A stretch of DNA of 64,000 nt from Nitrosomonadales bacterium (GTDB lineage: Bacteria; Pseudomonadota; Gammaproteobacteria; Burkholderiales; Nitrosomonadaceae), in contig VFJL01000003.1 in the NCBI GenBank assembly GCA_009886095.1, forward strand, positions 5,479 to 69,478, in the 5' to 3' direction. The notes beneath the pieces are model-generated. The model saw only the letters and a program-made list of their open reading frames with translations, did not search any database and was not told the DNA's origin. Below, in pieces: positions 58,693 to 64,000 of this stretch (positions are counted from its first letter, which is position 1; every line of letters starts with the position of its first letter). Position numbers and translations under genes: made by a program.

Positions 58693-59526
58693 ATGCCGGA
58701 TGTAAATTCGATGGGGCCGCTATTAACCCTGAAGGAACACGAGATATTGCGCGCGGCAGTGCGGGCCGGTGTGCCGAATGTCGAGTGCTCGCTGGATCTG
58801 GATCGATCGACGGTAATCGTTGCGGTGGGCGTTGAAGGTTGGGTCTGGCAAGGCCGATTATTTCCCTACCTCGAAACCTGTAATGACAGAAGCATCTACT
58901 ACTGGGTTGACGAGACGTTTCAGCCAGTGTCACGATACACGATGTCACTGATCAAACTGGTGCCGACGCATTGGGGGCCGCCGACCTTCGAGATCGATGG
59001 CATCAAAATGCTGCCCACCGCACAAACCTCTCCCTATGCGGATGCCGAACGCAAGGTCGCTTTGATTCAACCACGCGACAAGGTGATTTTGGATACCTGT
59101 GGCGGCCTCGGTTATTTTGCCGCATGGTGTGTGCAGGGCCTGGCCAAGCAGGTGTTTTCTTATGAGAAGAATCCCGACGTGATCTGGTTGCGGGGCCTGA
59201 ATCCCTGGTCGCCCAAGGTTGATGATGTTTTGAGTTTAACGCCCGGTGATATTTGCGAGCAGATCGTGTCGCTGCCCAGTAGTTCGGTCGACGCCATTTT
59301 GCACGACCCTCCGCGCTTCGGTATCGCCGGTGAACTCTACTCACAGGTTTTTTATGACCAGCTTGCCAGGGTGTTGAAGCGCAAAGGTAAGCTGTTTCAC
59401 TACACCGGTGCCCCGAATAAGTTAACCAGCGGCCGCGATGTGCCCAATGAAGTGGCGAAACGCTTGCGACGTGCGGGTTTTATCGCGGAGTTGAGCGGTG
59501 ACGGGGTGTTGGCGGTAAAGAATTAA
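58693..59526 (+). CDS. class I SAM-dependent methyltransferase (COG2521-like)
   Basis: ILDTCGGLGY SAM motif and HDPPRF amino-MTase-like motif. The Met at 58693 lies within the ORF opening at 58528. Confidence 0.8.
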   Translation: MPDVNSMGPLLTLKEHEILRAAVRAGVPNVECSLDLDRSTVIVAVGVEGWVWQGRLFPYLETCNDRSIYYWVDETFQPVSRYTMSLIKLVPTHWGPPTFEIDGIKMLPTAQTSPYADAERKVALIQPRDKVILDTCGGLGYFAAWCVQGLAKQVFSYEKNPDVIWLRGLNPWSPKVDDVLSLTPGDICEQIVSLPSSSVDAILHDPPRFGIAGELYSQVFYDQLARVLKRKGKLFHYTGAPNKLTSGRDVPNEVAKRLRRAGFIAELSGDGVLAVKN

Positions 59527-59674
59527 GGTTGATGCTATACGAGGAAAAAACGGGGCGCTTCCCATTTGTCCTTATCGAAGGAAACCCCAGAAATGCAGCC
59601 TAATTAATAGTTTTCCTTGTAAATCGTAAAAGATAGTCTAGTAATACTTGTACGGATCATAAAGGAGAAAGAAC

Positions 59675-60214
59675 ATGTCTATGAGCAAGAAGATTTTGTT
59701 TGTGCTAACAACATCGGCGGTAGCCTTGATTGCTGTCTTTGCGTTGTCAAAAACGGCCGCCGCGAATGTCTGGCCTGTGGCCGAGCGCACGAGTTTGATT
59801 ACGGCTACGTGTTCCTCTGGACAGGAGCAGCGTCCGGAACTTGCTCGCTTGCATAACAAGATCGCGGACGCGAGCAGCATCAATGAGGCGCGCACCCTAG
59901 CGCTAACACCGACGGCCGCAGCGATCGACGCGCTCAGGAATGCGCGCTCCATTGTGCCTTTCAGCAATGACCTGCGTTTGGCCGAAATCAAGCTCACCGA
60001 CATGTACTCACGTATCGAAGCTGCCGATACGCCGCACCGGGTCGCGAACGAGTTCTCCGGCATGATGCTCGCCAAACTCGACGATGACAAAGCTGCATCC
60101 TTACAGGTGGGCAAGACCGGATGCAACTACTCAACAGGGGAAGTAATCGCCATCGTGGTTGGGTTGATCTTGGGCATCATTCCTGGGTTGATCCTGCTCT
60201 TTGTGCTCTGCTGA
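59675..60214 (+). CDS. hypothetical exported, C-terminally anchored protein
   Basis: 179-aa ORF with an N-terminal signal (…ALSKTAAA) and a C-terminal TM (VIAIVVGLILGIIPGLILLFVLC). AAGGAG RBS. Confidence 0.6.
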   Translation: MSMSKKILFVLTTSAVALIAVFALSKTAAANVWPVAERTSLITATCSSGQEQRPELARLHNKIADASSINEARTLALTPTAAAIDALRNARSIVPFSNDLRLAEIKLTDMYSRIEAADTPHRVANEFSGMMLAKLDDDKAASLQVGKTGCNYSTGEVIAIVVGLILGIIPGLILLFVLC

Positions 60215-60282
60215 CAAGCAGCCCGCACCGTTTACTGGCAGTGCACTCCTTACGGAATGTATAACCGTCAGCTAAAACCGGA

Positions 60283-60517
60283 TATTAGGTTTGCACACTG
60301 CTGTTGATGCGCGATCCCAGTTGACCACTCTGCGCGATATCGAGTGACAGGGAACGGGGGAGTTTAAACCTGCTGAAATAACTGTCGAAACCTTCAAGGG
60401 TAAGATTCAGTTAAGCGTACTTCGTCAGCACGCAATCCGATATCCAAAAGGCGGTCGAAATTGCACGCAGTGTTAAGGGTGTGACATCCGTCAAGAATGA
60501 CATGTGGGTTAAGTAAC
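60283..60517 (+). pseudogene. BON-domain gene remnant (in-frame stop plus frameshift)
   Basis: The region reads …DARSQLTTLRDIE*QGTGEFKPAEITVETFKGKIQLS in one frame. It then reads STQSDIQKAVEIARSVKGVTSVKNDMWVK* in another. Together these resemble a single BON domain. Confidence 0.5.
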
Positions 60518-60553
60518 AGCGTAGATCGGCTCGTCTTATTAGGAGTAGCGAAA

Positions 60554-60700
60554 ATGCTCGGAACTATTGCGACTATCTTGATTATCCTTTGGTTGCTTGG
60601 TCTGGTCTCCTCGTACACCATGGGCGGATTTATTCACATTCTCTTGGTTATTGCAATCGTGGTGGTATTAGTGCGTGTCATTCAAGGTCGGCGCCTGTAA
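60554..60700 (+). CDS. lmo0937-family small membrane protein
   Basis: 48 aa: MLGTIATILIILWLLGLVSSYTMGGFIHILLVIAIVVVLVRVIQGRRL. AGGAG RBS. Confidence 0.7.
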   Translation: MLGTIATILIILWLLGLVSSYTMGGFIHILLVIAIVVVLVRVIQGRRL

Positions 60701-60830
60701 CGACCCTGAAAATTTTCTTAGCAGCGAGGTATCGGGTAAAGTGGTTCGGTTATTCGCGGTTTCAGTTTTACCAGGCTTCCCCGTCGCCAATGGCGCGAAT
60801 ACAAGTGCATCATCTACCGGAGAAGATGAG

Positions 60831-61030
60831 ATGAGCACAGTCAAGATTTTAGCAATCGTACTGATCATGATGGGATTAGTATATGATGGTTTCACTTACA
60901 CCAAGGACGCGCATGAGGCCGAGCTAGGCTCGATAGAGCTGTCGGTCAAGGATGCGTAGACAGTAAACGTCTCAGTCTGAACCGGCGTGGGGGAATGCTG
61001 GCGGAGGTGATTTTTTGTACACAAGTAGTG
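60831..61030 (+). pseudogene. small membrane protein gene interrupted by in-frame stops
   Basis: MSTVKILAIVLIMMGLVYDGFTYTKDAHEAELGSIELSVKDA*TVNVSV*TGVGE…. Reading through TAG and TGA continues a plausible second-TM region seen in small stress-cluster proteins. This is from memory. Confidence 0.4.
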
Positions 61031-61133
61031 TTGATGTAATAGCGGCGCAACGGTGACAAGTAACTCATAGTTTTCTTCTCCATCAGAAGCTGCGCTTGCT
61101 TCACTTCGGGCAAATGAAATTCCGCAAGAGCGC

Positions 61134-61583
61134 CTACGGAATATGACGTAACAGATTAGAGACAAGGGTGTGGAAGGTTTTCTGGGGATCCTGGTCTTTA
61201 CCGGAGGCCGGTTCTACTACCGTGCGATGGTCGGCAGATGCCACAGTGTAAAAGAACCGGCAGTAGTTATCCCAATCCTTGTTATAGTCCCGCAGATTCT
61301 CTTGCGGGACATGACGCCTGAAGTCTTCAAAAGCCTCTCTCATTGCAGGCAATCGGGCAAAAAGGTGCGTCTCGATGTCCTTAGGCCAGTTGACAGGCTC
61401 AGGGTACAGGCCAGAGAGCGCCTTGAGGATGGTAGAACGAAAATTATCAGCAGCACTGACCTGGCGTCTGCGGTCGACCACTTCGTAGACTCCAATAACA
61501 ATAACAATCAGGGCGAGCAGAAGCATAGGCCACATGGGCATATGACTGAAATAGGCGGATATCTGGTCAGTAAATTCGTTCAT
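61134..61583 (-). CDS. hypothetical single-TM protein
   Basis: The ORF runs to 61613. The Met at 61583 gives MNEFTDQISAYFSHMPMWPMLLLALIVIVIGV…. No family recognised. Confidence 0.55.
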   Translation of the reverse strand: MNEFTDQISAYFSHMPMWPMLLLALIVIVIGVYEVVDRRRQVSAADNFRSTILKALSGLYPEPVNWPKDIETHLFARLPAMREAFEDFRRHVPQENLRDYNKDWDNYCRFFYTVASADHRTVVEPASGKDQDPQKTFHTLVSNLLRHIP

Positions 61584-61671
61584 ATTCTTCCTGTTCTTCT
61601 GATGGTTCCACAAAATATCGAGTGGAAATGATGGGGATTATAAGCTCTGGTGGGGGCGATCAAGTACGACC

Positions 61672-61808
61672 ACCTCTAAAAGTCCAGATTTCGTCACAAT
61701 ACCTTGCTGCTCACAAATAATGTTTCATTACATATCAGCCGTATGCCACATCTATATTATTTGTACCGGCTTTGCCTTGCTTAGAACTTGGAATTATTAG
61801 AGACGCCC
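61672..61808. repeat. dispersed repeat family B, copy 2
   Basis: acctctaaaagtccagatttcgtcacaata … ttacatatca … ttagagacgccc. Aligns with 38378-38514. Confidence 0.75.
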
Positions 61809-61854
61809 TTATCTACAAAAATTCTAGTCTAATTGTACCGCCATTCGCACCAAC

Positions 61855-62793
61855 TCATCGCACCAGAAGTATCGGTTTTATAGACAGGCTCTGGGCAATC
61901 CTATCAGCTGCCTGTTGCGCCAGCGCCTGATCGGCATAGGGGCCAACATGGACTCTGAACAGGCCGTCTTTCGCGGTGATACCCAGGGTGTTCGTCACTG
62001 AGGAAAGTTCGGCGCGCATATGCGTAAGGAAATTATCTGCGTTGTCGTAGACGCTGAAGGCACCCAACTGCAGATAGACCCCGCTCGTATTATCAATGAT
62101 GACGGTAGCGACAACCACAGGTGCGTTCTCTGCTGCAGTTACGGGCGGCGCTGCTGCAATTTGTATGGCTGGCTCTTTATTGAGAAGAATACTTTCCACT
62201 TCCACCCAGATACTACCGCCGCCCAATGCACCGATCTTGTAAGCGGCAGTATAGGAAAGATCGATCAGGCGGTCGGAATGAAACGGGCCGCGGTCATTGA
62301 CGCGCACCACCACGGATTTGCCGTTCTTGATGTTGGTGACGCGAGCGTAGCTGGGCAGCGGCAGAGTGGTATGGGCCGCGGTCATGGTGTACATGTCGTA
62401 GATTTCACCGGATGCAGTTTTCTGCCCATGGTAACGGCGGCCATACCAGCTGGCGATTCCACGCTCCTTGTATGGCTCCAGTGATGTCATCGGCGTATAG
62501 GATTTGCCCAGCGCGACGTAAGGCCGCATGTTGGCTTTGCGCAAGAGTTCATCCTGAGGAATGGCATCAGGAATGGAAGCAAGATTGGCTGGCGGATTAT
62601 CGCCGGGGCCGTCATCCAGATAGTAGCCACCGCCTCTCTTTGTCGCGCCAGCAGAGGGAGTCTGTTCCCATTTCGGGATGCTGCCACAGCCAGCAAGAAC
62701 CAGGAGAACGGCCAGAACGATAATTCGTATGGTAGTCGCAGCGGCTATTGGCTGATCTGGCACGCTTCTGCATTCTGAATCGCTGTTTATCAT
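61855..62793 (-). CDS. rlpA: septal ring lytic transglycosylase RlpA family lipoprotein (DPBB plus SPOR)
   Basis: Lipobox LAGCGS, DPBB core GIASWYGRRYHGQKTASGEIYD…VRVNDRGPF, and C-terminal SPOR (YLQLGAFSVYDNA…FRVHVGPY). Confidence 0.9.
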   Translation of the reverse strand: MINSDSECRSVPDQPIAAATTIRIIVLAVLLVLAGCGSIPKWEQTPSAGATKRGGGYYLDDGPGDNPPANLASIPDAIPQDELLRKANMRPYVALGKSYTPMTSLEPYKERGIASWYGRRYHGQKTASGEIYDMYTMTAAHTTLPLPSYARVTNIKNGKSVVVRVNDRGPFHSDRLIDLSYTAAYKIGALGGGSIWVEVESILLNKEPAIQIAAAPPVTAAENAPVVVATVIIDNTSGVYLQLGAFSVYDNADNFLTHMRAELSSVTNTLGITAKDGLFRVHVGPYADQALAQQAADRIAQSLSIKPILLVR

Positions 62794-63890
62794 GTCTTCA
62801 CCAGTTTGGGATGCGTCTGTATGCTCATTAAAATACCAAAACCCAGCAGCATTGTCACCATCGAAGTGCCGCCGTAGCTGATCAGTGGCAACGGCACTCC
62901 CACCACTGGCAGAATACCGATGACCATACCTATGTTGACAAAAATATAAGTGAAGAAAGTTAGCGTGATCGAACCAGCGATAAGACGAGTAAACTGGGTC
63001 GAAGCATTGGCAGTGATAACCATGCCGCGACCTATCACCATTAAATATAATAATAATAGCGATGTATTACCAATCAGCCCGAATTCCTCGGAGAACACTG
63101 CAAAGATGAAATCGGTACTTTTCTCAGGCAAAAAATCAAGGTGGGTCTGGGTGCCATTCTGCCAGCCTTTACCAATGACACCGCCAGAACCTATGGCAAT
63201 AGTAGACTGGATAGTATGATAGCCTGCCCCCAACGGATCCTGGCTTGGATCAAGCAGCGTCATGATACGTTGGCGCTGGTAATCGTGCAGCATCGACCAT
63301 AGCACCGGCAGGCTAACCGCCCCAGCAATTAACAGCCCAGCTATGATGCGCCACGACAGCCCGGCGAGAAACAGCACATAGAAACCGCTGGAGGCAATCA
63401 GTAGCGTGGTGCCCAGATCCGGTTGGCGCAGAATCAACAGCAGCGGCAATAACAATAGCAACGTTGCTACCGCATAATCGCGCAACCGCAGGGCGGTCTC
63501 GTGTTTGTCGAAATACCATGCCATCATCAGCGGCACGGCGAGTTTCATTAACTCGGAAGGTTGAATACGAGTCACACCGATATTCAGCCAGCGCCGTGCG
63601 CCATTTTGGATCTCGCCGAACAGCGCCACCCCGATCAGCAGCATGAGACCGATCATATAGAGCGGCACCGCCAAACGCATAATGTGTTGCAAGGGAATGT
63701 TGGCAACCAGCCACATGACGGTGAGCGCCACCAGCATGTTAATCGCCTGGTTGGTGACACGGCTGAGATTCGCGTCGGTAGCGCTATACAACACGACCAG
63801 ACCGATCAGCATCAGCAACAATACTCCGCCCAACAGAAAATTATCTACATAGCGCGTGAGGTAGTGCCACAAGCGTACGAATCTAGTCAT
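62790..63890 (-). CDS. rodA: rod shape-determining SEDS protein RodA
   Basis: Polytopic FtsW/RodA family, next to mrdA. The ATG at 63890 overlaps the mrdA stop. The ORF runs to 63908. Confidence 0.9.
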   Translation of the reverse strand: MTRFVRLWHYLTRYVDNFLLGGVLLLMLIGLVVLYSATDANLSRVTNQAINMLVALTVMWLVANIPLQHIMRLAVPLYMIGLMLLIGVALFGEIQNGARRWLNIGVTRIQPSELMKLAVPLMMAWYFDKHETALRLRDYAVATLLLLLPLLLILRQPDLGTTLLIASSGFYVLFLAGLSWRIIAGLLIAGAVSLPVLWSMLHDYQRQRIMTLLDPSQDPLGAGYHTIQSTIAIGSGGVIGKGWQNGTQTHLDFLPEKSTDFIFAVFSEEFGLIGNTSLLLLYLMVIGRGMVITANASTQFTRLIAGSITLTFFTYIFVNIGMVIGILPVVGVPLPLISYGGTSMVTMLLGFGILMSIQTHPKLVKT

Positions 63891-64000
63891 GCACGTCCTC
63901 TTCGTCATCAGCCGTCTCTACCGCTGCGCCGGTGGGCAACTTACCGAGCAGGAAGTAATCAATCACCAACCGCGCAATCGGCGCAGCGGTAGAGCCGCCA
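63883..64000 (-). CDS. mrdA: penicillin-binding protein 2, C-terminal end (partial, runs off window)
   Basis: The minus-strand frame reads GGSTAAPIARLVIDYFLLGKLPTGAAVETADDEEDVHD*. The GG..AAPIAR..ID motif is typical of PBP2 C-termini, and the gene lies upstream of rodA. Confidence 0.65.
   Translation of the reverse strand, partial: GGSTAAPIARLVIDYFLLGKLPTGAAVETADDEEDVHD

Overview
This 64-kb chromosomal window looks proteobacterial. Gene order and protein signatures suggest a betaproteobacterium, possibly Nitrosomonadales-like, but I cannot verify the taxon. All family names come from motifs I recognised by eye in the ORF track. No database search was run.

Layout:
- 0.2-13.1 kb: a complete colinear dcw cell-wall/division cluster on the minus strand (mraZ-rsmH-ftsL-ftsI-murE-murF-mraY-murD-ftsW-murG-murC), with a triple GTGGG MraZ-type operator upstream.
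- 13.6-15.3 kb: a mazEF toxin-antitoxin pair next to mobile-element debris (a group II intron 5' fragment and a frameshifted IS4-type transposase).
- 15.5-20.9 kb: small housekeeping or unknown genes interspersed with MITE-like repeats.
- 20.9-25.0 kb: a potABCD-type ABC importer.
- 25.3-28.4 kb: ubiB, ubiJ and a Tim44-like gene.
- 28.4-37.6 kb: a roughly 9-kb segment separating those genes from ubiE. It holds a P-type ATPase, a cytochrome c, an ankyrin protein, an hcnABC-like three-subunit flavoenzyme and a squalene-synthase-like gene.
- 39-45.7 kb: a cusCBA-type RND metal efflux operon.
- 46.6-51.5 kb: mltB and a Fur-box-preceded fbpABC-type iron importer.
- 51.5-61.8 kb: an accessory island.
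- 61.9-64.0 kb: rlpA, rodA and the 3' end of mrdA.

The most unusual locus is in the island. A Type III restriction-modification system has its mod and res genes split by a GxxExxY gene, a DUF1016/YhcG-type PD-(D/E)XK gene and a 41-codon bridging ORF. These are chained to res by three consecutive ATGA start/stop overlaps. A 27/28-bp stem-loop built from tandem CGCAGATT units insulates them from mod.

The island also carries an antitoxin-like HTH gene with no toxin, a probable DUF262 remnant, a COG2521-type methyltransferase and several decayed stress genes.

Three dispersed intergenic repeat or promoter-like sequence families are present. I saw no rRNA, complete tRNA or CRISPR array.
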